Source of the DNA: Pocillopora damicornis
Taxonomy: Eukaryota
Length of the DNA stretch: 64,000 nt
NCBI RefSeq assembly: GCF_003704095.1
Contig: NW_020844913.1
Coordinates: forward strand, 1 to 64,000
Direction: 5' to 3'
This document shows, piece after piece, positions 1-13,172 of this stretch. Both the position numbers and the translations under genes were made by a program. The notes beneath the pieces are model-generated. The model was not told the DNA's origin, made no database searches, and saw only the letters and a list, made by a program, of their open reading frames with translations. How positions within the stretch are numbered: the first letter of the stretch is position 1; the number at the start of each line of letters is the position of its first letter.

Positions 1-811
1 GTGACAACATTGATACCGTTCTGACAGGCATGCACCTATCTAAATGTCCGCTACTAATTCTCTCGAGTTGATTAACTGCTTGGTCAACATCCGTGGCACG
101 ATAAACATCTCCCANNNNNNNNNNNNNNNNNNNNNNNNNNNNNNNNNNNNNNNNNNNNNNNNNNNNNNNNNNNNNNNNNNNNNNNNNNNNNNNNNNNNNN
201 NNNNNNNNNNNNNNNNNNNNNNNNNNNNNNNNNNNNNNNNNNNNNNNNNNNNNNNNNNNNNNNNNNNNNNNNNNNNNNNNNNNNNNNNNNNNNNNNNNNN
301 NNNNNNNNNNNNNNNNNNNNNNNNNNNNNNNNNNNNNNNNNNNNNNNNNNNNNNNNNNNNNNNNNNNNNNNNNNNNNNNNNNNNNNNNNNNNNNNNNNNN
401 NNNNNNNNNNNNNNNNNNNNNNNNNNNNNNNNNNNNNNNNNNNNNNNNNNNNNNNNNNNNNNNNNNNNNNNNNNNNNNNNNNNNNNNNNNNNNNNNNNNN
501 NNNNNNNNNNNNNNNNNNNNNNNNNNNNNNNNNNNNNNNNNNNNNNNNNNNNNNNNNNNNNNNNNNNNNNNNNNNNNNNNNNNNNNNNNNNNNNNNNNNN
601 NNNNNNNNNNNNNNNNNNNNNNNNNNNNNNNNNNNNNNNNNNNNNNNNNNNNNNNNNNNNNNNNNNNNNNNNNNNNNNNNNNNNNNNNNNNNNNNNNNNN
701 NNNNNNNNNNNNNNNNNNNNNNNNNNNNNNNNNNNNNNNNNNNNNNNNNNNNNNNNNNNNNNNNNNNNNNNNNNNNNNNNNNNNNNNNNNNNNNNNNNNN
801 NNNNNNNNNNN

Positions 812-1080
812 TAAACATTAACTACCGTGAGGTTGTTTGGTATATAAATTGCAACACCACCGTTATTCCTCATATCCCTTCCAGACCAGTTTCTGTCTCT
901 CCTAAAGATAGAAGAATTTGCGATGTTTACCATGGCATCTGGTTGTGCTGGTTTGAGGTGCGTTTCCATCACCACACACGCAGTCATATCATTCTGACAC
1001 GTATCAGCCTGAAGCACAACTACGGCTCTAACTTTGTTCTTGATATTAGTCAGGTTTCAAATGTTAATAAATATGCATCT
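812..1080 (-). mobile_element. Non-LTR retrotransposon (LINE) ORF2 apurinic-like endonuclease N-terminal fragment, running into an assembly gap
   Basis: Minus-strand translation ...[45 protein letters not shown] contains the ETxL...FRxDR...GGVAIY motifs of CR1/L2/Jockey-type endonucleases. Confidence 0.75.
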
Positions 1081-3000
1081 GGGCACGGCAAAAACAGAAT
1101 GATAGGCCGATGGCTTTGGCTCGCGGGGTATGGGTGTTAGACATCTCCGTGTAATCGGCTTCCTTAACTCACCTATTTCATGACAGCAACTTCAATTGCT
1201 TGACAATGCTCAATAGTCCATGAAGGCTGAGAGATGTGATGATAGTCTTTGACTGTTCTTTTGCCATTTTTACGTCCGCCTCTGTATTTAAGACCTTACT
1301 TCTTCAGCGTATTACACACGTTAGACGGGGGTATTGATGCAAACTTGCGAAAACAAAACAAAATGTTGCGGTGAATCGAGTGTCGATTTCCAACAACCGA
1401 TAGGGAAGCTGGGTTATGTAGAAAGCCATTAGTTTCTTCGTTCTGTCGAACAACCTCCACCTTAGTTCCAGGGGAAGGGTGCACAACCATATAAACCGTT
1501 AAGTCAAATACGACAAACGTCTCCAGTAATGTCAAGTTAACTAAACCACGAGTGTTCCATCTCACCAAAGGTGAAACACCGTAACTTGATGACATTTGTG
1601 ATTGATTGTAACTCCTGTAGGACATCTCGGTTCTGACAACTTGAGAGCGCACCACCTACTCATTGCAACATTCGCACATGCGCAGAAGTTTGACCGCTTT
1701 ATTTTGTAAGACAGCAGTTCTTATGTTTTCCTTCGAAACTCTTTGCGGGAAATTGGTGCACAGGCGGAAAAAAGTGATCCCCTTGCACATGCCTTACTTT
1801 TGACCGCTGTGTTCGAGCTGGCACTTTGCCAAACAAGGAAAAAAGCTGACAATTCGCCGAATTTGTTCTCAGCAACAGCGTAAGTAGTAAAGAGGGACCT
1901 CCCTTAAGTTTCCACATTGTGTAATACGGTTTATTCTAANNNNNNNNNNNNNNNNNNNNNNNNNNNNNNNNNNNNNNNNNNNNNNNNNNNNNNNNNNNNN
2001 NNNNNNNNNNNNNNNNNNNNNNNNNNNNNNNNNNNNNNNNNNNNNNNNNNNNNNNNNNNNNNNNNNNNNNNNNNNNNNNNNNNNNNNNNNNNNNNNNNNN
2101 NNNNNNNNNNNNNNNNNNNNNNNNNNNNNNNNNNNNNNNNNNNNNNNNNNNNNNNNNNNNNNNNNNNNNNNNNNNNNNNNNNNNNNNNNNNNNNNNNNNN
2201 NNNNNNNNNNNNNNNNNNNNNNNNNNNNNNNNNNNNNNNNNNNNNNNNNNNNNNNNNNNNNNNNNNNNNNNNNNNNNNNNNNNNNNNNNNNNNNNNNNNN
2301 NNNNNNNNNNNNNNNNNNNNNNNNNNNNNNNNNNNNNNNNNNNNNNNNNNNNNNNNNNNNNNNNNNNNNNNNNNNNNNNNNNNNNNNNNNNNNNNNNNNN
2401 NNNNNNNNNNNNNNNNNNNNNNNNNNNNNNNNNNNNNNNNNNNNNNNNNNNNNNNNNNNNNNNNNNNNNNNNNNNNNNNNNNNNNNNNNNNNTTATTCAA
2501 ACTTCAATTTGGATCTTAAGTGAAGTAGATCTGTTATTATTTATCACTTAAGAGAATTTAATGGCTCACTGATCGTGTTTTTCGTAGCTTCCGACGGGGC
2601 CCGGGAAATACTACTTAACTCGCAAACACATGCGATCATTTTGTAATGTACCATTGTACCATTCTGTATTCTGGTAAATTCAGCTTCCTTTCCTTAATTA
2701 TTTACCTCGCGGCCCGGTTAGAGTCAGTTTCCATTTTTCCTCACTATCCCCACAGAGATAAACCACTGACCATAAAGTCCAAGGAGCTCCACGAATATCC
2801 ACCAAAGAGATCTTATCCTGAAATTTTTATGTCGCTAACTCTTCACTAGCAATAATTCGTGTTGGAAAGGAAGGGATATTTTGTATGACTCTTTCATCAT
2901 TCCTTGTGCTTCGCCAAATCTCAGATAAATTTTCCCGTTGGATTGAGTTATTTTATGTTAGATTATAGGCAATCCGCCAACTCTTCTCGTACGCCTGTAG

Positions 3001-3414
3001 TGCGCCGATCAAGTCCAAGCTTCAGCATCCCCCCGGGCAACGGGCATTTGACTGTCGTCCTTGTCCGGGGGGGTGAGGAGTTTGAACCTTTCCTGGCAGG
3101 GGTGGAGAAGTTAAACCGGAAGTTTCAAGTCTTTCCAGTGGATTACAAGTATGATACCTTTTAGTATGGAGGTGTTTAAGGTAAATATTTCACTTTCGCG
3201 AGCGAATGGCTCAGAAGAAAAGGTCTTCAAGGTCAGATTTTAAAGCTTGGTCAAGGGGTGAAAAGTCACAGTCGCTGATTTTGCGTTTTACAAAAGAAAT
3301 TGGAGGGGGCATTTGAACACAATTCTTGCCCCCGGGGGCTGGAATTTGAACAAACCGATCTTCAAAAGTTCAATTGCCCGAGGGGGATATTGAAGCTTTG
3401 AATTGTTCGACGCA
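3001..3414. mobile_element. MITE / non-autonomous DNA transposon with imperfect terminal inverted repeats
   Basis: Left end tgcgccgatcaagtccaagcttcagcatcccccc and right end gggggatattgaagctttgaattgttcgacgca are reverse-complementary; no coding capacity. Confidence 0.6.
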
Positions 3415-3622
3415 TCAGTAGGTATATTCTTACTCTATTTTTTTCGTCTTGAACAGAACCCAGTTAGTTTTTAAACAACTTCTACAGATTGAATTACTTC
3501 GATGTAATTGCTTTATTTTCATAAGAAGCTCATGACCCCGCTCATCGTAAACTTCAAAACTGAGAAAATCAAATTTATGAGTTTCTTCAGTATAGTTACT
3601 AGATAGAAAAACTCACTTACAA

Positions 3623-5089
3623 TCAAATTTCAAAAAATCTTTCATCAAAAATCTTGATTCCAGGGATTTGCTTTGGAGTATAAATGCTGACATTCATCCG
3701 CCCAACTTCCATCATTGGTGGCTCAGGTATCAAAATCTTCCAGTAAGGTAACTCCCGGAGCTTTCCAGTTCTTTCAATAGAGGGAGTCTTGCACATTGAA
3801 CTTCTTGATCTTGCTATGTTTAGCCCTGAGGAAGAATGAGGTTTCCTGCCCCTTTTATTGAAACAGTTAGCTTCGAAACTGCCCTCGTCTCCATAATTAT
3901 AGTCAGCCATGGGACTGCGAAACGCAGGTGAGATCCTTCCTCGCAGTGAGGTCTAAAAAACATCCATTTTTCCGTCTTCGTCTGAATGTTCACCTTTCGA
4001 GCATAATTCGTTATTTTTTGATTCGATCAAGAACCTTGTAATACTTGATCTTCGAGAACTACAGATCGACGAAATTGGTGACCTCGCACGAAGTCGAACT
4101 TCTAAGGGCAAACTGTTGCTCTGGCTCTCGCTTTGGATGAAATCAGCAGCGTAGTTAGAGTCGTGTGATCTTGATTTTTCGTTAGAGCAACTATTTGGAC
4201 GCGTTTTAAGACCTTGAAGGTGGTGGGTTAAAGAGACAGGTGAAGGTCTTCTGCGTTGCAGTGGGTCACATTCCTTGTAGACGGAGAATGGGGTTTTGAG
4301 GTCTCTTTCGGTTTCTTGCGGGACGCACAAAACATATGGCGAAACACAAATGTCTGGAAAACTTCGGATGTGTTCGTCGATAACAAACTGTTGCATCTGA
4401 GACTTGGTACAGTCAGTGCACAGGTCAGGACCAAGAACATCACAGAACTGTTTCGAATACTCATCCTTGCCTACGTGTACCAATCGATCACAGNNNNNNN
4501 NNNNNNNNNNNNNNNNNNNNNNNNNNNNNNNNNNNNNNNNNNNNNNNNNNNNNNNNNNNNNNNNNNNNNNNNNNNNNNNNNNNNNNNNNNNNNGAGGTGC
4601 TGCGACACCCATTTTCCTTCCTAAAATACTCGGGGTCGATGGCGGGCTCTCGTAATGACATGATCTCTCGCTGTCAATCCAATTCTGTTGTTTTACCTCC
4701 CGTAATAAACGTTCTCTGGTAGATTTTTCAAGGTCGGTTTCTCCAACGAAAACGTATTTATAATCTAAGTTTTCTTCCTCTCTCTGTAGTAATCGAGCAT
4801 CAAGCGCCTCTGTGTGTACTGACTTTTTGCGAATTCGCGGTGGTTTTTCCACGGCTGAGCGAATCTTACTCCGGGGCAAAGCAGCGTTTTCGTAATTGCC
4901 GAAGAGGCTGGTTTGTGTAAATTTGTCTTTAGAGGTGAGACCCCCGAATTTAGAAAAGACTTCAAACTCCTGGAGTTTCTTTCCTTCTTTCGACTTGTTT
5001 TGTTTTCTTATGACGGTTTTGTTCATCTGTGAAGAAGAGCTTGTGATACCATGTGGTGGAGAAAACTTCGTTCCTTTACCCACAGCCAT
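3623..5089 (-). CDS. Uncharacterised, largely disordered Ser/Arg/Lys-rich protein (large first exon), interrupted by a 100-N gap and an in-frame TAG
   Basis: ORFs 3953..5089 and 3623..3910 are in the same frame, separated only by TAG at 3953-3955. A GTAAGT donor follows at ~3620 (minus strand). No recognisable domain. Confidence 0.5.
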
Positions 5090-5472
5090 ACACGCACTTC
5101 TTAGCTATTCGTCACTACAAACTAAACTTTTGTAGTAAACAGACGGTTCATATGAAAATTAGATCGTTATTGCTGATCACTTATTCCAGATCAAATATTG
5201 ACTTGCCCACACAGCTGTACATACGCTTTACAAAGCTATTCAAGTGTTATTCTAATGTTATTCAGAAATATCTTGCTGGCCAAGCGCAAAAGGAGAAAGA
5301 AGTCAAAGAAGCCGAAAACAAAAGCCTAACACACTAATAACAGAGGAACCACTATTATTTTAATTTACTTGCAACCTTTGAAAGCTTCTTTTGTAATCAG
5401 TCTAAAGCTATTTAATGTAACTAGTAATCCCAAGGGTAGGGTCAAAATGAGAAAGAAACGTCCACTGTTTAA

Positions 5473-5486
5473 GTCTCCATGGTAAC
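5473..5486. promoter_or_regulatory. Candidate RFX X-box
   Basis: GTCTCC-AT-GGTAAC matches the GTHNYY-AT-RRNAAC X-box consensus, ~390 bp upstream of the ATG at 5089. Confidence 0.35.
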
Positions 5487-7199
5487 ACTTCTTTGACGGT
5501 TTAGGGCTTGTTTGTAACAAAAAAGGGTCCGAATTTAATATTATTAAATTTGACCGCTAATTAACGATTAATGGCTTTCTCGTCTAAATTAATTTAGTTC
5601 TTCTGCAAGGGGCTATAATCCCTCACGTCACGACTTTCAATATGTTGCTGAAGACTGTCTTCACAGAAGGTTCAAAAGGGATTTTGTTCCTTTTAACTTT
5701 ATCTATGGACACTTGAAGACGAAGGCTTAAACAAACAAAACGAATTAACACTTCAGCCTTCTGTCAACATGCAAATTGTTATACTCAATACTAGGTTGGG
5801 ACACATTTGTTCTTCGTAGTCCGGCGATGTACGTTTTACGGCAACGGAACAAGTTATCCTTATCAATGTTCCATTCCCATGTAACCTCATTTACTTTCTC
5901 AGTAAAATTTGGTAAAGAAATTAGGTTCGAATGTGCCAGCGGGCAAGTGAAAACCAAGTTAATTATCAACGTTTACTATAGCGCCTCGTTATAATATGTA
6001 AGTGCCTCGTTTTGGTGGAACGTTGACGGTAAGCGCCCCCACTTCAGTACAATTAAGACAAAGTTTGAGGTTGGTTCGGAACTATTTACAAGCTGCCCAC
6101 GTAGATCTCTCAGACCCTAAATTGAACACAAACAAATTACATTTTGTGCAACTTGTGGAGATCAGAGAGGTATCAATCAATATCAAGTGTTGAATCAAAC
6201 TGAACTGATGCAAAAATACCCAACGCTCTAAGGACTTGCAGTTATATCCGCTTGTGAACTTGTGAATAGCTTTAGAGACCGTCAAAGAAAGGAAGCGTTC
6301 AACCATTTAATTTGAGAACTGTGAGATTACGAACGTTTTGAAAAAATTGAAAGGTAACGCATTAGGAATAGCGTCAGACGTTTGACTACAACAACTTCAC
6401 TCTAAGCATTTCACTTATAAAGACTATTCTGTTTTTGTCACTATCAACACGAAAAAGGTTCATTTGATTTTTAATTACATTCTTTTTCCAGCAGTAAGTT
6501 GTCAAGAAAATATTTTGTTTTTACAAGGAAGGGAAATCGTTGTTTTGACTCTTGCAACAAATTTTAAGATTTTGACCGTTGTTAGCTAACCGTTCCCTTT
6601 CTAACGCTGGTTTCCTAAAATTGTTCGTCACAAAGTATAAGCAAACAAGATCACTCCTTCTTTATCTCAGACAAATTGTAGTGGAACACATCTGTCTAAT
6701 AATTGTTACTTCAGCTACAGACATTGTTTAATTAGTTAAAATATGTAAATTCATGAACAAAAAGCTGAANNNNNNNNNNNNNNNNNNNNNNNNNNNNNNN
6801 NNNNNNNNNNNNNNNNNNNNNNNNNNNNNNNNNNNNNNNNNNNNNNNNNNNNNNNNNNNNNNNNNNNNNACACGAATGGGCATATTAAGCGATGACGACA
6901 CGATTTCCGCCTTTTCAAACTTTGCTGAATGAACGTGGTTTGTTCGTTGTTTGGAATAATGGCCGCCGCAAAGATTTTGTGGTAAACGACAACGATGAAT
7001 TTATTGTCCGTATGCAAAAAAGAAAATTACACGTTAGCTCGAAGATATGAATTTTATGTTCGTAGCAAGAGCGATACTTGGGCTCACTCGTGAGATATTG
7101 TCCTTACCACTTTAAAATTGATATTTTGTCGCCGCCGCATAATATCCTCTAAGTTTGGCTTTCTCATCGAAGTTTTCTAGAAAGAAGTTTTTCATCCGA

Positions 7200-8395
7200 T
7201 ACATGATCACATGGTTGACACGAACTTATATCCGACTGCGCAATCGGCTGACAGGGAGAACCACAACACTAAAACTGCTCTCCTGAAAGTTAACAACGAC
7301 ATCTTTGTGCTACAATTGATACTGTCGACTACAGTATTTTGCGGAAGGCACTCAACAAAGTGCGACTTGGGGACTGGGTATTTAAGTGGTTGCGATCGTA
7401 TTTATCAGGGCGTACTCACCGGATATCAGCTCGTGGGTGTTAGCCTGAGGAGTTTCAATTAAAATGCGGAGTTCCTCAAGGCTCCTTTCTTGAGATAATT
7501 CATTTGTTCGATCTCGCCACTAGATGTTGTTCAAGATTATATTCCATCTGTCCACTGCTACACAGACGACACCCATCTTTCATTCTCCTTCAGCCCCGCA
7601 TATGACACGGGTCACTTGGATACCATCGCTGCATGTTATCGAGCGTTGTATTAAGGCGATCAGGTGTTGGATGAGTGACAATGAACTACTGTTGGATGAG
7701 GCTAAAACTGAGTTTCTTTTGATTGGCACGAAGTTGCACCTCTCCATACTAAATATTGGCCACGTCTAAGTTGGTAATGTAAATGTAACTCCGTACTCTC
7801 CTGTTAAAAAATCTTGAAGTCTGGCTTGACCCAAACCTTTCTATGATTGATCATATCACTACTAGAAGACTAGTTCTGCAGCGTTTTGTCCTCTTTACAA
7901 TTTTAGAAGAATTAGAAAGTACTTGTGCAGAGACATTTACACATGTTTTATTTCAAGCTGCCTGGACTATTGTAACAGTCTCTTGTTTGTAGCTTGCGAA
8001 TGTCATCTACATGAGTTACAGATAGTCCAGAATACCCAGAGCTGTGTGCCTAATATTCCAGGAGAACATATTTTGTCACATCGCACCTCTGCTGAAGTCA
8101 TTACACTGGCTGCCTGTATGATATCGTATTGCTTTTAAAATTCTCTTAATTACCTAGTCTTGCCCTTGCTTGTATAAGCGACCTTATTTCTGTTAGAGAC
8201 ACCGGAAGACATAATTTACGCTCAAATGATGGTCTATGCCTTCCTCCTTGTAAGCGTAAATCACTCGTTACACTTGGCGATTATTCTTTTTACGCAGCCG
8301 CTCATAACTTTGTGGAATCATCTTCCGTTTTGCATCACAAACATTGCGTCCGTAAATAGGTTTAAGAAAGTTACTAAAACATTTCTATTCGCGAA
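7200..8395 (+). mobile_element. Degenerate 5'-truncated LINE (CR1/L2-like) reverse transcriptase 3' portion
   Basis: Frameshifted motifs in order: QSADRENHNTKTALLKV, CGVPQGS, VHCYTDDT, AKTEFLLIG, SCLDYCNSLL, LHWLP, LWNHLP...FKK..KTFLF. Confidence 0.85.
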
Positions 8396-9893
8396 AGATA
8401 GTGCGGCATGTGTTGCAATTTTATGGGAGCCCGGATGAAGTCTGGCAGTCCGTCGTAGAAGTTGTTTCGGTCGTGGAAAGGGCACAAGAGACTAGATCAA
8501 AGTCACCAAATTGTTAAACCAGAAGCTTATGGGTTATATGCTTATATTCTGGTTAACCCTACTTCCAGAAGTTGAGTTGGAAGAACAAAATTTAATATTC
8601 CACGAACAACTGCATAATTACTTACTAGACCACGACATAAGCATCTCAAACATCACGATTGCACTGGTAAGCACGACCAAGAAGCGTATAAGACAACATG
8701 ATTTTCAATGCCGACACATAGTGCTGTGATTGACGGTGAAATAGGGATATTCAACATGAATTTGAAACAGCGTTGACTCGCAGCTTAAGTCAAGTTCGGT
8801 GTGACCGATGCAAGCAATAGCAAATAAAAAAGCAACAGAAAAAGCGATATAACAGCTACGCATAGGACAGCCCTAGAAGGCATTTTTAATAGGTGGTTGG
8901 GCATCAATCATCAAGCAAAGTAGACTATAAGGGAACCTCTATCCTTATCGTATGTTGTTGCCAACCACACGAGGAAGTTATTTTATACCCTGTCCCCCAT
9001 CTTATGTCTATTGTCGTTTGTTTCTTTATTGTTTGTTTCACTTTTTCTCAGTTTTCTTGGGTAAGTTAGTGCCATGGTTGTTCTAATAACATTTGTGATT
9101 GGCGGATTTAGTTGAGTGTATTTGGTGTCAGAAGTGAAATACTTAGAACTGAGTGAATTTCATACCCCTCAAAAACTTCCACCTGTTGCCACACAATGTT
9201 ACCCATAATACCCACTCTGAAGAAAATATTAGTGGACAATATTGCATTTCTTAAAAAGCGATCTTTACTTAAAGAAATATACAAAGACCTTCCCCTCATC
9301 TCATTTAGGGCAGGAAAGCCTTAATAGGAGTACTCCTTCAGTCTAAACTATGCTAGGTGCCCAAGTCCAACAAAATCGCCAGGGTCGGCGTCGTGATAGG
9401 TTTGTCAACACATTTTACCAACACAAATTGTTGAAAGTCTTAATCCCTGTTCAAGGAATTATTGTGGATTGGCATTCAACAATTTTAAAATATATACAAA
9501 TTGTATTCGTTCACCACTTTGTTAACTTGAGGTCTTGATGAGTTTTTAGGCTCGGGATTTCCCAGCCAAAGAAGAAGACGTTCTTGATTAAAAAAATTGT
9601 ATCTTCAGACTTCGCCGTATTTTTTGGCAGGTTTTCTCTTTACTACTCTAAATAACTTGAAGTGTTCCCTTTAAGGGTGTCAAATTCTAATGTTCTTTCC
9701 CTCAAATAACCATAACACTTTCTGTACGTATCATAATTTTAAAAACGCCTTGCGGAACTTGAGCACGAACAAACGGATTCGCTCCTGAAATGGCGAGGAT
9801 CAAAATAAAATTAAAATCTCTGACCCACTGAAGTGAATAAAGGTATAACTGGAGATACAGCAAGAGTAGAGCCAATATTGTATTATTGCAATC

Positions 9894-10862
9894 TTAGTTA
9901 CTTTCTGTTCCCTGCATGGCTATGTTGTCAAATGTTAAAGTTCTTTGTCTTTGTTTTCTACAGCACTTTCTGTTCCCCAGAAGTTTTGCGAACGCTTTCC
10001 TGAAATTTTCAAACCGCCAGGCATACACAAACGGGTTCACTCCTGAATTAGCCGTGATCAAAAGAGAAGGAATATCTCTTGCCCAGTGTATAAGAGTGCA
10101 ACTGCATGCTTTGCATAAGTTAACAATGTAAATGCAGATACAGGCAGGAAGATAGCATGCTAAGAAGAAAGCCAGTGTGATAATAAAGGTTTCGGTTACT
10201 TTCTGTTCCCATCTTGCTGCCTGTCTCTTCGCCTGATTGTCTACGTTCGTCTGATCCAAAGAATTCCACTGTTCCATTTGACTTTTTAATACACGAAGGA
10301 TCTTGTGATAAGTAAGAATGATGATTAAGAGAGTGCCAATCACGACTGTGTGGAGGAAGACAAATGAATATGTGAGGTAACCCGTGACAAGGTATATGAA
10401 AGGGAAACTTAGTGAGAATAACCAGATGCCAGCCGCCACAAAACCTGCTCGCTTCGGATTTAACTTTGTTCTGTAGGTTAACGGAGACGTTATCGCCAAA
10501 TATCGATCCAGTGTTAAAGCTGCCAAACTGAGAACAGAAGCTGTACACGAAATGAAGTACGGCACGTGAAGGTAGGATGCTGGTGGTCTTTTTCTCGCAG
10601 TTCCTTCCATTACATGATACACTACCGAAGTCGGGTCGACGACGAATCCCACCAAAAGATCGCTAATGGCAAGGCTGGCCACAAAGTAGTTAAAAGGTGA
10701 TTTGAGATCTTTGTTTGGATCGATGAAGATTGCTAACACGACGAGTACATTCCCAGCGACCGTAAACAGACATAAAGGAACAGTTACTGCGGCCGTCGTG
10801 AACGCAATGTGGATTGGAGCAACTGATTGATTAGTGCACGGATATTCACCGAACAGAGACAT
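9894..10862 (-). CDS. Intronless class A (rhodopsin-like) GPCR, paralogue 1 (322 aa)
   Basis: Seven hydrophobic helices with GN (TM1), LAISD (TM2), DRY (TM3), W (TM4), CYLP (TM6) and NPFVY (TM7). ATG at 10862, matching the paralogues. Confidence 0.95.
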   Translation of the reverse strand: MSLFGEYPCTNQSVAPIHIAFTTAAVTVPLCLFTVAGNVLVVLAIFIDPNKDLKSPFNYFVASLAISDLLVGFVVDPTSVVYHVMEGTARKRPPASYLHVPYFISCTASVLSLAALTLDRYLAITSPLTYRTKLNPKRAGFVAAGIWLFSLSFPFIYLVTGYLTYSFVFLHTVVIGTLLIIILTYHKILRVLKSQMEQWNSLDQTNVDNQAKRQAARWEQKVTETFIITLAFFLACYLPACICIYIVNLCKACSCTLIHWARDIPSLLITANSGVNPFVYAWRFENFRKAFAKLLGNRKCCRKQRQRTLTFDNIAMQGTESN

Positions 10863-11544
10863 GAAGCTCAATCAAATTTTCAGCGCTACTAAAACTAATT
10901 TACAATCAGACGATGGGATAGAGTGGAAGATACGAAGCTCGAATTAGTGATACGTGAATATAATTTCTCCTAAGGCTGCCAATATTTTGTGGTATTGGCG
11001 TCTCAAAATCGCACAGTCTGCACTTCACTTCCTACTAGAGCCCACTGGATTTTACTTCTTGCTTAGACTATGAGTCGGAGACAATGTTTTTAATTTTGAT
11101 AATGATGTTTCATGATACGGTCTATAAGCCCCAACTTTATCAAACATCTTCAAAGAATGAAAACACCATGATATCAGGACAGAACAGGGAACTAAAACAC
11201 TCGTAGAATCAATACGATCACCACATCCGAGAACAGAGTGGCACTTTTTTCCGCCTTTTCGAACTTTGCTAAATGAACGTGGTTTGTTTGTTGTTTGGAA
11301 TGATGGCCGCCGCAGGAGTTTTGTGGTAAACGACGGAGATGAATTTATTGTCCATTTACAAAAAAGAAAATTACACGTTAGCTCGAAAATATGAATTTTA
11401 TGTTCTCGTGACAAGAACGATACCGGGGCTCACTCGTGAGATATTGTCCTTACCACTAAAAAAATTAATATTTTGTCGCCGCCGCATAAAATCTTCCAAC
11501 TTTGGCTTTCTTATGGAAGGTTTCTGAGAAAGCAGTTTTTCATC

Positions 11545-12712
11545 CGATACATGATTACAGGGTTGACTCGAACTTATATCCGTTGCGCAATCGGCTTACA
11601 GAGAGAACCACAGCACTGAAACTGTACTCCCGAAAGTTAAAAACGACATCTTTGTGTTACTATTGATAGTATCGACTACAGGATCTTACTGAAGGCACTC
11701 AGGCTACAACTTGGGGGGAAGGGTGTTTAAGTGTTTGCGATCGTATTTATCAGGGCGTAATCAGCGGATATGAGTTTGTGGGCGTCAGCCTGGGAAGTTT
11801 AAATTGAAATGCGGAGTCCCTCAAGGCTCCTGTTTTGAGCCGCTTCATTTGTTCGATCTCGCTACTAGATGTTGTTCAAGATTATATTCCATCCGTCCAC
11901 TGCTACACAGACGACACCCACCTTGAATTCCCTTCAGTCCCGCATATGACACGGGTCACTTAGTTACCATTTCTGCATGTTATCGAGCGTCGGTTGTATT
12001 AAGGCGCTCAGGTGTTAGACGGGTGACAGTAAACTACTGTTGGTTGAGGCTAAAACTGACTTTTTTTTGATTGGCACGAAGCTGCACCTCTCCATACTAA
12101 ATATTGGCCACGTTTAAGTTAGTTATGTAAATGTAGCTCCGCACTCTCCTGTTAAAAAGTCTGGCTTTACCCAAACCTTGCCATGATTGATCATATCACG
12201 ACGAGAAGAAGAAGAACACCTAGAAGAATTAGAAAGTACTCGGGCAGAGACACTTACACATCTTTTATTTCAAGCCGCCTGGACTATTGTAACAGTCTCT
12301 TGTTTGTAGCTTGCGAATGTCATCTACATGAGTTACAGAGAGTCCAGAATGCCCAGAGCTGCGTGCCTAATATTCCAGGAGAACATATTTTGTCACATCG
12401 CACCTCTGCTGAAGTCATTACACTGGCTGCCTATATGATATCGTATTGCTTTTAAAATTCTCTTAATTACCTGCTCTTTCCCCTGCTTGTATAAGCGACC
12501 TTATTTCTGTTAGAGACACCGGAAGACATAATTTACGTTCAAATGATGGTCTACGCCTTCCTCCTTGTAAGGGTTAATCACTCATTACGCTTGGCGATCA
12601 TTCCTTTTACGCAGCCGCTCATAACTTTGTGGAATCATCTTCCGTTTTCCATCACAAACATTGCGTCCGTAAATAGGTTTAAGAAAGTTATTAAAACATT
12701 TCTATTCGCGAA
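11545..12712 (+). mobile_element. Degenerate LINE reverse transcriptase remnant (duplicate of 7200..8395)
   Basis: QSAYRENHSTET, CGVPQGS, VHCYTDDT, SRLDYCNSLL, LHWLP and LWNHLP motifs with frameshifts. Confidence 0.85.
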
Positions 12713-13172
12713 AGATAGTGCGGCATGTGTTGCAATTTTATGGGAGCCTGGATGAAGCCTGGTAGTCTGTAGTGGACGTTGTTTCGGTTGTGGAGAGGGT
12801 GCAAGAGATCGAAGTCACCAAATTGTTAAACCAGAAGCTTATGGGTTATATGCTTATATTCTGGTTAACCCTACTTCCAGAAGTTGAGTTGGAAGAACAA
12901 AATTTGATATTCCACGAACAACTGCATGAATACTTACTAGACCACGACATAAGCATCTCAAACATCACGATTGCACTGGTAAGCACGACCAAGAAGCGTA
13001 TAAGACAACATGATTTTCAATGCCGACACATAGTGCTGTGATTGACGGTGAAATAGGGATATTCGACATGAATTTGAAACAGGCTGGTTAACGCAGCGTT
13101 GACTCGCAGCTTGAGTCAAGTTCGGTGTGACTGATGCAAGCAATAACAAATAGAAAAGTAACAGAAAAAGCA

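Larger units (their letters stand above)
6905..10862. repeat. Segmental tandem duplication, copy A (LINE remnant + spacer + GPCR)
   Basis: Colinear and highly similar to 11249..15967 (e.g. ttccgccttttc(a/g)aactttgct..., the LINE remnant, the 3' flank and the GPCR). Confidence 0.9.

Noticed and set aside
40-2519. Long ORFs spanning N runs (also 13998-14733)
   Set aside because: Artefacts of assembly gaps; only the endonuclease fragment at 812-1080 is supported.
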